A stretch of 63,715 bases of DNA, filler included, from Kipferlia bialata (GCA_003568945.1; 7 parts of 7 records of this genome joined end to end with filler, not necessarily neighbours in it), one strand, 5' to 3'. Shown: positions 14,101 to 27,339, counted from the first letter of the whole stretch. Notes: generated by a model from the letters alone, not told the origin. Numbers and translations are program-made.

Positions 14101-16240
14101 ATCGAGATTAATATATCGTGGTCATTGATGGAATGGGGGCATACAGAGAGTAGTGGTCGAAAGATAAAGAGCCGGCACGTACAATAGTTTTTCAGCATCG
14201 AAGTTTTCATAGGATATCCCCATAGACGTCGTGTATACATACAGGCATAAGACTATCAAGTTCACAATGTCTTACAAGTACCTTAGGTATATGTACTAAC
14301 ACCAATACCTGAGGGTGGCTGCAGTGCCGGCATAGCTGAAGGATGCGACGCTAGAAGGGTTGAGGGCTGGGTGAGTGGTACGTGTGTAGCAGAGGGGATG
14401 GTGTATGGTAAGGCGAAGCACAAGAGTACTCCTCAACATGACCAGCTGTTCACATCATTAAGACTCATGAATTCATACCATGTAATAATGACTATTAAAC
14501 TACCACAAAGTGAAAGTATCGGGGAGTATGAGATGCCTCTCCGCCCCTGACCTGTCTGCTCTGCCACGGAAGAGGGGTCGTGACATATCAGATGCAGCCC
14601 CATGTTGACAGGCAGCCGGTCCTCACTGCCCTGGGGGTCGGTGGTGTCCTCGGCCTTGGGTCGCGCAGCAGCTGCCTTGGGCGGCTTGCTGTCCTTGCCC
14701 TTTGCCTTGGGGTCAGACCCCTTGCCTGATGTCAGATACACATGGGAGAGGTGGAAGACAAGTGGTCTCCTTGGATTGAGCCATATTACATCACTGAGGA
14801 ATAATAACACGTATAATCACCTTGGTGCCGTGTCTTGCTGTCCTTGTCTGCGGCGCCTGTCTCAGTGCCTACTGCCTGGGGGGCAAGGTCAGACATGTGC
14901 CTGGTCTGAACGTCTACCGTGGTCTTGATGTACCTGGAGGTCATAACGGAAGACGTGCAATTATAGGTAAACCGATCAGAAAGACATCCTATCTGACCCA
15001 GATGGCACATGTATTGATATGTTCATGAGTGACATGCCACACCTGCTGCAGTTTGTCAGGTCCACCAGTGGGAACCTGGCCAGCCCCACCACCTCAGTCG
15101 GGTCCCCAAGGGCTTGGGGGTCGGTATCCGTAGCACTGTCACACTGTGACTGAGATTGGTCCCCAGACATAGAAAGGCAGCGCCTGGAGTCAGAAAGGGA
15201 GGAAGGAAGCTGAAAGCTACTGAAGAATTGGTAATACACCAATGGGAGTTATCCTAAATGCTATACGATGAACATAGAAAAAGAAGGGAACTCATACCAT
15301 CCCACCTCAGCCTGTATGGCCTGAACACCACGCTAACGTGGCCCTCCCGGCAGTGGTACCACAGCGAGGTGGGGCTCAGCTTCCCAGCAAACAGCACACA
15401 CCGGATGGACACGGGAAGGTCCACAACCGACACGGTGGAGAGGCGGTGACAACTGTGACGCCTGAGGGAAGAGACCCATTGACAGCTAGAAAGCTACTTG
15501 CGAAATACTTACGAGACCTCAATTTGGGGGATAACAATGACTAGATATACAGTGTGATGCATTATTATCAGGTGATAGTACATACCTTGCACCCTGAATA
15601 AACTGGGAGTGCTTAAGGGGGGCTGCAGCGTATGTCTTGCCAAACACCGTAATCTCGACACTGACGGGGTGGAACACTGTCTCAAGGGTGACTGGGGGTA
15701 GAGACACGGAGGGGGGGGGGGGGGGGGGGGGGGCCACAAAACAAAAAAAAAAAAACAACACNNNNNNNNNNNNNNNNNNNNNNNNNNNNNNNNNNNNNNN
15801 NNNNNNNNNNNNNNNNNNNNNNNNNNNNNNNNNNNNNNNNNNNNNNNNNNNNNNNNNNNNNNNNNNNNNNNNNNNNNNNNNNNNNNNNNNNNNNNNNNNN
15901 NNNNNNNNNNNNNNNNNNNNNNNNNNNNNNNNNNNNNNNNNNNNNNNNNNNNNNNNNNNNNNNNNNNNNNNNNAGAGAGGGGGGGTGGGGGGGGGGGGGG
16001 GGGGGGGGGGGGGGAAGGATACTATACTAACCTGACTTTGGCTGCAGCCACTGGTACTCATAGCCCCCTGTTGCATGGGTAGGGCAGATGTAGGTGTCAG
16101 GTTCCAGTCCAAAGCTGAGTGTCAGAGATATATCACGCGACTAGTCAGGGAGGCAGTGCCTCCCGGAGGCACTCGAGAGAGAGACCCACATACATCTGTG
16201 CACACACAGAACCTGGAAATACAAATCCTGGTAACATAAT
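11190..16240 (-). CDS. Multi-exon protein, tentatively CFAP92/KIAA1257-like flagellar protein (boundaries approximate)
   Basis: Exons VTLETVFHPVSVEITVFGKTY, EVVGLARFPLVDLTN, TLFERAYLIMCQSDRTALTDILAHVAHTN, VTGWRIVTAGMCVLYLEA and VLHSSEILYRSR occur in an order that recalls CFAP92-family motifs (PYGxAxxxLxDL; xTGFxxxDGxxxLFVLEG; KVLYNSxLxFxxRLY). Recognition is from memory only. Confidence 0.35.
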
Positions 16241-17467
16241 ATCATGCTGTCAGAAAACCATGATGTCGCGTTGTAGTGTCGAAATGGATTTAGAGTGTAC
16301 TAATGTAGGGCCAAACCAGCTACCTTACATCAGCGTTGGGGCACGAGAAGGTCGATGCACTAGCAGCGAACAAGCCTAATAGCACCAGGTATATGCATAC
16401 CCAGTGACGCATCTGAGACAGAGAGGCTACTGTGCACAAGAGACTCGAGTCAGTTGAGCATATGCGTAATTTTTGGGTTGCCCCCCTTTTAGTTTTCTTT
16501 ACTACTCAGAACAAGACAGTCGCTCGTTCCACCGTCTATGGTACTTAACCAGGGAGGGCGGCTAGTCACAGCCGTTTATATCATTCATATATCAAGTTGC
16601 TTTGCGTAGGAATCCGTATTTGGACCCTTCTTTCCAGCAGAGACTGTCGCGCAGTGAGAAGCAAAGGTTTGACCCGTGAAGTCATATCCTCGGAGGCAGC
16701 GCAACTAGGCAGGATATGTGGAGTGCGTGGTTTCTAGCCACTGAGCAATGAAAGGTCTAGCTCCACGCTACAATATGTGAGAGTCCGATTTCGGCTAGTA
16801 GAGATAGCCTAGCACTGTCACTGTCAAGGAGCTTTCCGATTGAGGAGATGAGGTCTCTTCATCATGAAGTGGAGTAACACATACATCGTCCATGATAAGG
16901 AAGCCGAGCCAATAGGCCATTTTGCCTACAAGCAACACCCCATTCACACCTCAATATATGAATACATCTCAAGTATTATTCTTGGCTTGATAGCCGCCCA
17001 TGACATCGATTCTCAGTCTCGTGTACGGTCGCCGGTGAGTGACTGGCGACCTGCTGTCCCATCATGTAAGAACATGATTCATGCTCTATGCAAGAGACTC
17101 TACGACGCCAACAGCTCTTCGATAAGATTGTAATATACAACAAAAATGCATATATATACCATTTGAACACATGGACTGCCAGTTCCCTGAGCTATCGGTG
17201 GTATATCGAGTATAAGTCAGTCTACTATTACAGGCAACGTCTACTAACACCTTGTGACTGAACGAAAAACAGAAATGCAAAATGAAGAGGTCTCTTATAG
17301 AGACCCTGTCCTACTGACGTAACGTGAACAGTATTTCGGCTCTATTCCTATCAGAGATATACTGCAATGAGTATGATCAGATAGACTACTCTATTAGTTC
17401 CCATTGGTCAGCCAATACCATGCAAATTCAAGTGCTCCACAGAATGTAACACTATGTCAGTGGGGTC

Positions 17468-18545
17468 TCACTCCTTCTGCCCCAAGATGGCGTTAGGTGG
17501 AATGATGCCCCATCTCATGTCTGGGTGTGGGTACACCAGGCCAGGGTCTAGATAGTGCAGCTGATAGTGCTCACCTGGCCTGCCCGACCAGACTGCTAAG
17601 GAGGGGAAGAAGACACCGTCCTCACACTCGAAAGTTGTACTGTCATACTGTGTGATCTCGCCAGATATGGTGTCTAATCCGTACCAGTCCCATTTGCCAG
17701 AGAAAGTAGTCGATAGAGTGACTATCAGGAGGAAGTGGCCAACGGCCATAGTCTGGCATCTGTATACATGCCTTGGTAGTCTAGCCTCCTCAACCCACCC
17801 AGTTCTCTCGGAAAACGAGACTATCCTACTGTCTCGAGTGAAAACATATGCACGGGAACCCAGACAACATGAAGGCGTACTAATATCGCTATCCACTGGG
17901 ATCCTAAGTAACTTCCACTCCTCGTACCGTCTGTCCGGATCAAAGGTCCACATCTGCACACTATTCCCTGATGCACCTCTGAACCAAACTCGCATGAAAC
18001 AGCGGTCCTCAAGTGCAAACACGTCCCGACGTATCAACTGATCCAAATCAAAGGGATGTAGCGTGTGTACTCGAGAGACTTCCATAGAGTCCAGCTCTAG
18101 CTTCAGAAGGACACGGTTACAATCGCACGCGTACAACACGCCCCCTACTGTAAATGTAGAACGTGGTGCCTTGCAGAATAGGGCTGTGTGGTGCTCTATG
18201 ACGTCAGATGCCCTCAGAGTCAGGGTGTGCATGTCTCCCGATACCACATCTAGGTAGGCCAGCGAGTTGGCACCAACCGTTGTGCCTTCGACTCGAGTAA
18301 TTTCACACTCTGGTACAACTTGAGAGGTTGTGACATGTGCGCAGAACAGAGGGTTGTGTGGCATGTAACGTCCAATATAGCGACTTAACTTGTTTCTGAG
18401 AAGGAACAGTGGTGTGTCTTGTATCTACTGCCACACACAATACGATATCACTCACGTGACGCCATCTTTCACCGAGTACGGTGACCCTCAGTCGTTTCAA
18501 AGCTTGGATCCACTGCTGTAAAGTACAATTGGGATAGGTTGGCAT
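17468..18545 (-). CDS. Kelch/galactose-oxidase-like beta-propeller protein (nearly intronless; start uncertain)
   Basis: 298-aa ORF with blade-like segments TFTVGGVLYAC, MWTFDPDRRYEEWKLL, CCLGSRAYVF, TMAVGHFLLIV, WYGLDTISGE and the C-terminus LDPGLVYPHPDMRWG. Confidence 0.55.
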
Positions 18546-18979
18546 GGCTCTAGAGTGCTACACTGTAGATTCATCTGAATGTGACATAGGACTGAGTATA
18601 CTGTTTTTATATTTGTTATGTCTCGCTGACTGTCAAACAACTCTGGCAACTGATAGTGTACAACAACAGACAGGCCAGCAAGAGAATTCCCAACTCCTCG
18701 ACTAACGCGGAACGACATACAGCAACACTGTCGCCCCACCAACACAAAAGACACCACAACATAGCAACCGCCCTCTTCCCGACCCAAGTCCATAAGGGGA
18801 GGGGCTAATAAGTAGATACCGCCCTCTGACGGTAACGGGTCCGCCAACTATCGTTGAAGGACACCCCAAAAGCACACAAAGCTTGGTAATAATGATACAA
18901 AATCGTCACAACGCAGTGCAGAAACGAGGGGTAGATACACCCCATCGCTATGCGCCACGGGACTCTGTGTGAATATAGT

Positions 18980-21900
18980 CTACAGCCACCTGTCCTGCTG
19001 TGACAGGACAGAGCAGCACCGGGGAGGGGGGGTGCCGCCTGGGGTGAGGGGATTGAGTATGAGAGAGAGTACATATATACTAGTATGTGTGTGAATACCT
19101 AGGCCTGTCCCCCCCACGAGGTCCTCTGTGAACTGGGACTCATCGAACACAGTGTCGCCATGACCAGAGTACACCTGGAAGGTCTGGGGTCAGAGGGGGT
19201 ACTAATATACACATATTCATATGCAGTGTAAGACCCAGGTGTATTCACACACATAAACATAAGCATACATTGTACAGTAGCGTGTGTACCTCCTCGGGTG
19301 CCTTGGCCCCTGTGTCCCCCAGGAAGTCAGAGGGGTGGGGGTGGTCGGCTGAGGGTCAGAACAGAGAGTAGAGAACTTGTTTGGACATATCAAGTGTGGC
19401 ACATAACTCTAAAAATGTAAATATGTATAGTGACTATCGTGTACCTGTCTCGAGGTCCTGTAGGGCAGCTAGGCCATCCTCCACTGGATGTAAGAAAGGT
19501 GATAGTGAGGGGGGACAGTGATATAAGACACAGAGTGAGAGTCACTCAGAGAGAGACATGGCTTCACTCACCCACGTCACCGTCAGGGAAGATGTCGGCG
19601 GCTCTCTGGCCAAGGGCAAGTCTAGGAGTAAGCAATAGGGTAGGGGGGGGGGGAGGGGGATAGAAACAGAGCATCCCAGTAGAGTGGTGACATAGTACAT
19701 AATGACGCGTCTGTCGTTGCCCACCTTGAGTCTGGTCTGTCGACGAGTATACTGGACACTGCCCTGACATCGAGGCCGTCCAGCCCCACCCCTCTCCCCC
19801 TCCCTGCCCCCTTTCTCTCTCTCTGCCCCATGGTCAGCATAGATACCCCGGCTATGGACAGACCGCAGATGGAGGCACGGCGGGCCCTGTCTCGGTTGGG
19901 GCCAGTGCCGATGGTGTTCTGGGGTCAGGCATAGGTAGATGGATATACAAATACAGGTGTACATATAGAGGTGAGACACATACAAGTGAATGCTGTGCTA
20001 CACACATAAAACAGGTGTAGTTCTAATAGTCACTCAGATATACCACGCACCCTTCTGTTTAGTGCCGGTGTGGGGTGTGCCGTGACTGTCCTGGACACGG
20101 CAGGGCACTTGCCAACCTGCGTCACACTGCCTAGGGGGTCAGACGGAGAGGGAGAGAGAGAGGTGTGTGAGAGAGAGAGAGTAGTAGGATTCACACTCCC
20201 AGAAGAATGAGGAGACGGAGAGGACTGTTCAGTTACGAGTATGCTTGTATGTACATTTGTCTATGTGTCTTCCCTACCTGGGACAATGCCGTACATGGCC
20301 TTGGACTGGTTGGACATGGATGAGGATGGTCTGCGGGAGGGATCAGCATCAACGGCAGAGTGGTCTATCAGACGGCGGCTGGGGTGAGGGGGATGGCAGC
20401 ATGAGAGAGAGAGAGAGGCAGGCCACGTACCGGCGAGTGTTGAGTGAGCGTGTGAGCCTGACACCCGTGTCGTGTCTATCTCCATGTCTGTGTCCATGTC
20501 TGGACCCTACCCTGCTGGAGGGCCGGTCGTGGCTGCTCTCCTGGGGGTAAGGGATAGTCGTATGTATATAAATCAATATATACTGACACTGATACTATAT
20601 GAAGTTGATCGTGGCTGCTGTCCTAGGTATTAAGTACACATACGTGTATATATATACACTATATATATAGTGTACCTTAGTGATGTTGGCGCAGCACCGC
20701 AGCTCCCTCTCCACCTCCAGGTCCAGCTCTCGGTCCTTGTCCTGCTTGTCTCTCTCTCTCTCTCTCTCCCTGTCTCTCTCCCTCTCCTCCTCATCTACCA
20801 CAATGCTGTCTCCAAACCCTGACCCGATACTGCCAACCAGGCTGTCGCCGTCTCTCTCTCTCTCTCTCTCTGTCTCCATGACACTATCATCTGCATCGCC
20901 TAGGACTGACCCTAGCAGCACAGACTGGAACCCACTCGAGTTCAGGGGGGCAACACCGCTAAAGGAGAACTGACTGGGGGTAGAGAGGGGAGAAGAGTAT
21001 AATACGCAGTGTAGGGAATAAGGATGCCTACCTGCAGTTGATGCTCTCTGTGATGCTCCCGTCCATGTCGCTCTCCCTGCCTCTCTCTCTCTCTCTCTGC
21101 TTGCCTCTTTCAAGGGAGGTCAGACGCTGGAGTGAGGGTGTGTGGGAAGTATATGAGAACACATACTATACACACACATACATCTACTAGCATACCTGGC
21201 ATATAGTGGACGCCGGCCTGACCACGTGTGTCCTCTCCCTGTTGAATGACCCACTGTCAGCCATGCCGACTGCAGTGGAGGGAGAGTAGAAGGGTGAGGG
21301 AGGGGGCAGGGGGGACCCAGTACCGGGGGGGAGGGGGGACGCAGGGGCGGCATCTGGGGGTGAGGTTGTGACACGTACTCATACCATATACATACATATA
21401 TATATATACATATGTCACCATGCCCCTCACCCTCCAGCCCGTCCAGGCTCTGATGGCTGTGTGTGTTGGACCTGACTAGGAAGGGACTGGCCACAACAGT
21501 GCCCTCGCCCAGGCTCAGCTAGGATGAGAAACATGCACTATACACTACTCTGAAGAGTATAGCCACTTACTTGTAGTACACTAAAAGAGTGTAACACACA
21601 GTACCTGGCTTGTCCTCCCCCCCTCAATACCAGAGGCATAGAGACCAGACTGGGCCTGGGGGTCTGCCTCATTGTCCCCCTCCCCTGCCCTCTCTCTCTT
21701 CCTGCCCAGTGCCATGGCCATCGAGATGTCACCCACACTCTGGGGGTCAGAGAGGGAGGGGAATACATACACACCCACCCATATATATACTCATTGACAG
21801 ACACACAGAGAGAGAGAGTGTGTGAGAGTGTGAGGGTGTGGTACCTGTGAGCGTGGCAGTGACTGAGACATAGACCTCTGTGTGTCTGTCCCTCTGTGGT

Positions 21901-22050
21901 ATGAGGAGGTGGAGCCCATGGCAGAGGCAGCGGCCTTGCCTGACAGTTAGTCTCTTTCTCTCTCTCTCTCTCTATCTATGTATACATATATACACACACA
22001 CACACATATATATATATACCCCACCTGATATGGCTGTGTTCCACATCCTA
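18980..22050 (-). CDS. Multi-exon low-complexity (RE-rich) protein of unknown function, 5'-truncated
   Basis: Spliceable exons such as FSFSGVAPLNSSGFQSVLLGSVLGDADDSVMETERERERD and VYSGHGDTVFDESQFTEDLVGGTGL; terminal ...CCSVLSQQDRWL* at 18980. Confidence 0.55.
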
Positions 22051-22055
22051 CTCTG

Positions 22056-22107
<52 letters not shown>

Positions 22108-22207
22108 NNNNNNNNNNNNNNNNNNNNNNNNNNNNNNNNNNNNNNNNNNNNTTAATTAATTAANNNNNNNNNNNNNNNNNNNNNNNNNNNNNNNNNNNNN
22201 NNNNNNN
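22108..22207. other. Artificial contig spacer
   Basis: N44-TTAATTAATTAA-N44. Confidence 0.97.
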
Positions 22208-22259
<52 letters not shown>

Positions 22260-22267
22260 GACCCCAG

Positions 22268-25200
22268 ATCTTTGACGTTGCTCCCTTCAGCCCCGCTGTG
22301 CAGTGCTCAGTCATCATGGCCATGAGCGTGGACTACTCCCTGTTCCTGCTGTCCAGGTTCAAGAGGGAGATACAGCTGGACGCCAGTCTCTACAAGGTGT
22401 GTGTGATACACATTGTGTACACTCCCATCCCTATCCATCTATTGTACCCATAGCATCCCCCCCCCCCTCTCCCCCCAGGCCATGTGCCACATGATCAGAT
22501 ACTCTGGCAGGACCATCCTGACCAGTGGCCTCACCCTGGCTATATCATTCGCAGGTAGGCAGAGAGTATGTATTCGATACACTGTTCTTTGTAATTCCCT
22601 TCCCCACCCCAGGTCTGATGTTCTTCAAGGTGGACATGATCTCCACCATCGGCATGTGCAGTGCCATATCCCTCGTTGTCATGATAGCGGTGTCCACCAC
22701 ACTCACCCCGGCGGTGCTGGCAATGGCACCAAGGTTCTTCAGCACATTCAGGTGAGGGGGATGAGGCATCATCGTTTATACACATATATTGATATTGCTA
22801 CGATGTATTTGTATGCCGAGGTTCTTCAGCACATTCAGGTGAGAGGGATGAGGCATGAACATGAACTATTATTATATGTATCGCTGCATGAGGTATATGT
22901 CCAGGTTCTTCAGATCACATTCAAGGTCATGGTGTGACTGGTGTATTCTATTGTACACATATACTGACATACATATATGCCTCTACCCCCCTGACCCTCA
23001 GATTCAACAAGGCCCAGCGCAAGCAGATGTCTGTTACACAGGTGATGCAGTCCCTAGGTGCCGTCATGGCACAGGGAGGGGGAGAGGGCATCCCCTCTGA
23101 CGACACCCCCTCTGCTACCCCTACCCATGCCAAGACCAAGTGGGTGTGGATACCAGAGGCATGTGCCCCTGGGACAGGAGAGGCCGAGGCAGAGCTGCGG
23201 GAGCAGAGAGAGGAGGAACAGGAGGAGAAGGAGAGACAGACAAGCATGTTCTTCAGGTCAGTGTCTATTATATGTGTGTAGTTCTCCTAGCACCCCCAGC
23301 CCCTTTTGACCCCAGGTTCAGTGCCTTCATCCACAAGAAGTGGCTCAGTGCCACCATCATAGGTGTGGCCATAGCAGCCTGCCTCCCCCTGGCATATCTG
23401 GTGGTGGTATCCCCCGGCATAGTGTGGAGTGTCGACATGAACCAGCTGCTGCCCAAGGTACATATGTCATTGATGTCTGTGGTGTGATGAGTCTGTACAA
23501 GTGTCATCCATCTGCCACATTACTATGGAGACACACTCATTATTTCTGTACCCCACATTTTGGCCTCACCCCCAGGGAGGTGACTCGGTCGAGACCCTCA
23601 ACAAGTTTGGGGAGAACTTTAGTACGGGCCTGATGCTGCCCTTCTACATTGTGCTGGAGCCCACCGACCCTAGACCTGTCTCCGAGGCCAGTGACGTAGT
23701 GTTCAACCAGGCCATGTGGGACCTGCAGAGGGTGGGTGGTAGATGTGTATACACGTGTGTATAGGAGATGATGCAGTGTGCTCTATGTTTACATACTGTG
23801 TCCACAATGCATGGCTTCTCACCCCTAGGAGATTGCCACCCAGCTCCTAGACTCCGATGAGATCAGTGACATCCTGACCAGAGGGAACATCATGGTGGGT
23901 GGACATGTACAGATGTGTACTGTATACATGGACCGTCCCCCTACCTCTAGTCCTTATACTAGGGTGTCTCCTGGGCAGGTGTGGAGGTGCCCCTGGACAT
24001 GGCGTCCAAGTGGTACAGTGGGGAGTGCCCAGCCAGGCCAGACAAGATGAAGGAGATGTGCAATGCATACAAGTACGCCCTGTCCCTGACCCTCTCCCCT
24101 GTCTACTCTGCATGCACTATGATGCTGTCCCCCAACCTACCCGTCGATGGAGTAAGAGTGCCACAGTTCTCACAAATCACACACGCAGTGCTCGAGGTAT
24201 GAGGGATTGTGTGTGCGTGAGTGTATTCACTCCTGTGTACACATAATCATCGCAATCTCACCCCCAGAGTGACACCGTTGTGTCCCTATCTGCAGCTGCC
24301 GGTGTGACCCCTGTTCTATCCTCGATGGTCCTGGACGAGATGGACACAGTCAACTACAGTACGTAGGGGGTGGTTCAGAGTGTATGACAGTAGTGTAGTT
24401 GGGATGATAGTGGTAACAACCCATACTAGCCGTTGTCTCTCCCTGACCCATTCCGTCTCTATATATTCCCCCTCACCCCAGTGGGCGATGTGTTCCCCTT
24501 CATGGTGGTCATTACTAGTATGGCAGTCATGCTGGTGATTGTGGTGTCCTTTGCCGGTGTTGTCCCCCCCCTCCGGCTAGTGGTGTGTCTGCTCATCCTG
24601 ACATGCATCACATTCGGCACAATGGTACGGGGTGTGTTACGCACAGTGGATATACGTCTCGCCCAATGTGTATTGATGAGCCACCCCTGTCCCTGACCCC
24701 AGATCATGTCGTACCAGATCTTCTCAGACTACGACGGCGCCTACTGGTCTGTCCCCTTCATCATATGGCCCATATGCATGGGGCTGGCCGCAGACTACGA
24801 TATCTTCTTCTATGTGGCTGTGAGGGAGCACAGGGAGAGAGGGTGCACCACGGTGGTGGCTGTGAGAAGGGCCCTGCACTCTGTGGGTACGTTGTAATCA
24901 CTGTGTAAATGTATATATATACCATCCACCATCCATCACTCATCCCCTCACCCTAGGCCCCACCATCATTGCCGCTGGTGTTGTCATGGCCGCGGCCTTT
25001 GCGGCTCTGATGACCTCCTCCATCCCCATGCTGGATGAGTTTGGGGTGCTGTTGCTGGTGGACATTGTGGCCAATGACCTGTTGATGGTGATGCTGGTGA
25101 CACCCGCCATGATCAGCCTCCTAGGAGGTAGGGGGCTAGCATTGAGATATCACCCTGTTACACACTTACATACCCACCACCCCTTACCCCAGAGTCCAAC

Positions 25201-25353
25201 TGGTGGCCCTCCTCCTCCAAGATGCCTGTGCTAACTGAGGCTGACAAGGCGCTAGAGGCTGAGCTGGCCATACAGGGTACTAAGGGATCAACATCGGAGC
25301 CCCTGCTCACGTCGAGGGAGGAGGATACCCCTCAGTACATAACGGTGAACTAG
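22268..25353 (+). CDS. MmpL-family (RND superfamily) membrane transporter, 5'-truncated, ~13 exons
   Basis: Spliced peptide AMSVDYSLFLLSRFKRE...YSGRTILTSGLTLAISFAGL...TTLTPAVL, and second repeat MGLAADYDIFFYVAVRE...SVGPTIIAAGVVMAAAFAAL...LVTPAMISLLGESNWWP. Both Asp-Tyr motifs and the LLGxxNWWP MMPL C-terminal signature are present. Stop TAG 25351-25353. Confidence 0.88.
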
Positions 25354-25650
25354 AGATATATACACGGTGTATAGTAGCCAGGTCACTGCAACTTAACTCG
25401 GATTCGAATAGAAAATGATAATCATTGGAAGGGCTTTGGTTTGTCAGATCTTGAGAGTAGCTGATGTGTGGTGGAACACCTTCAAAACCGGCCATATGAA
25501 CGACTTGGGTTGTCCACCAGACACACATTTACACATTGTCAATGTGACATTGACTGTACAGCAAAGACACACACACGTGACGCTAACTCCACAACTACTA
25601 GTATACCTACTACCCTTCTCCACCTCTGTCTACCCTGTCTCATGCATCCT

Positions 25651-27302
25651 CTACACCAGGATGACAGTGGCAGCGGCTGCGGCTACAGCCACACCTGCGC
25701 ACATGGCGATGGTCTTGCCATGCCTGAACACTGCCCCGGCCATCTTCTGGCACAGGGGCATCTGGGGGTGGGGGGGGATACAGATACTATATATACTATC
25801 ACATGCACATATATCATTACACACACCCATACCTCGGCGTAGTGCTGCAGCCACAGCTGGCCCACCCTGCCTGTCAGCCATCCCACGGTGGGGAAGGAGC
25901 CCTGCCTGAAGGCCAGCTTGTGCATCCTCATGCCTAGGGGGTGAGGGGGAGGAGAGACGGAAGGGAATACACAAACACAATAACAGCTATACAGCCGTAT
26001 CACACTGCCTCACCCCATGTCATCATAAGACTGAGCTCGTTGATGCACTCCCCGCTGTGCACACCCACCACCAGGGCACCGTAGATCTTGCCAAGGGGGG
26101 AGCAGTAGATGGAGATCTGGCCGTCCTTCAGGCCCTGTGCATAGGTGGCCCCATAGGACTCAAAGCTGGGGTCAAAGGCAGAAAGGGGAGAGAGATAGAG
26201 AGTGTGGGTGGGTGTATGTGTGAGAGAGAGAGAGAGAGACGTACGTCTGTGTGAACTCGAGGTACTTGATGCCCTTNNNNNNNNNNNNNNNNNNNNNNNN
26301 NNNNNNNNNNNNNNNNNNNNNNNNNNNNNNNNNNNNNNNNNNNNNNNNNNNNNNNNNNNNNNNNNNNNNNNNNNNNNNNNNNNNNNNNNNNNNNNNNNNN
26401 NNNNNNNNNNNNNNNNNNNNNNNNNNNNNNNNNNNNNNNNNNNNNNNNNNNNNNNNNNNNNNNNNNNNNNNNNNNNNNNNNNNNNNNNNNNNNNNNNNNN
26501 NNNNNNNNNNNNNNNNNNNNNNNNNNNNNNNNNNNNNNNNNNNNNNNNNNNNNNNNNNNNNNNNNNNNNNNNNNNNNNNNNNNNNNNNNNNNNNNNNNNN
26601 NNNNNNNNNNNNNNNNNNNNNNNNNNNNNNNNNNNNNNNNNNNNNNNNNNNNNNNNNNNNNNNNNNNNNNNNNNNNNNNNNNNNNNNNNNNNNNNNNNNN
26701 NNNNNNNNNNNNNNNNNNNNNNNNNNNNNNNNNNNNNNNNNNNNNNNNNNNNNNNNNNNNNNNNNNNNNNNNNNNNNNNNNNNNNNNNNNNNNNNNNNNN
26801 NNNNNNNNNNNNNNNNNNNNNNNNNNNNNNNNNNNNNNNNNNNNNNNNNNNNNNNNNNNNNNNNNNNNNNNNNNNNNNNNNNNNNNNNNNNNNNNNNNNN
26901 NNNNNNNNNNNNNNNNNNNNNNNNNNNNNNNNNNNNNNNNNNNNNNNNNNNNNNNNNNNNNNNNNNNNNNNNNNNNNNNNNNNNNNNNNNNNNNNNNNNN
27001 NNNNNNNNNNNNNNNNNNNNNNNNNNNNNNNNNNNNNNNNNNNNNNNNNNNNNNNNNNNNNNNNNNNNNNNNNNNNNNNNNNNNNNNNNNNNNNNNNNNN
27101 NNNNNNNNNNNNNNNNNNNNNNNNNNNNNNNNNNNNNNNNNNNNNNNNNNNNNNNNNNNNNNNNNNNNNNNNNNNNNNNNNNNNNNNNNNNNNNNNNNNC
27201 ATTCATGATGGCCACCATGCCTGGGCATTAAGGGTGTAGAGGGAGAGAGAGAGACAGGGAGATACGTACCCTGGTGCATGGCTGCGTGGGTATTAAGGGT
27301 GT

Positions 27303-27339
<37 letters not shown>

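Noticed and set aside
16300..17460. Microsatellite-free 1.1-kb intergenic stretch as possible mobile element or ncRNA
   Set aside because: No terminal repeats, transposase-like ORF or recognisable RNA motif that I can support.
26000..27279. Long ORFs of 326-400 aa in the ORF track
   Set aside because: They merely read through an N gap (26277-27199).
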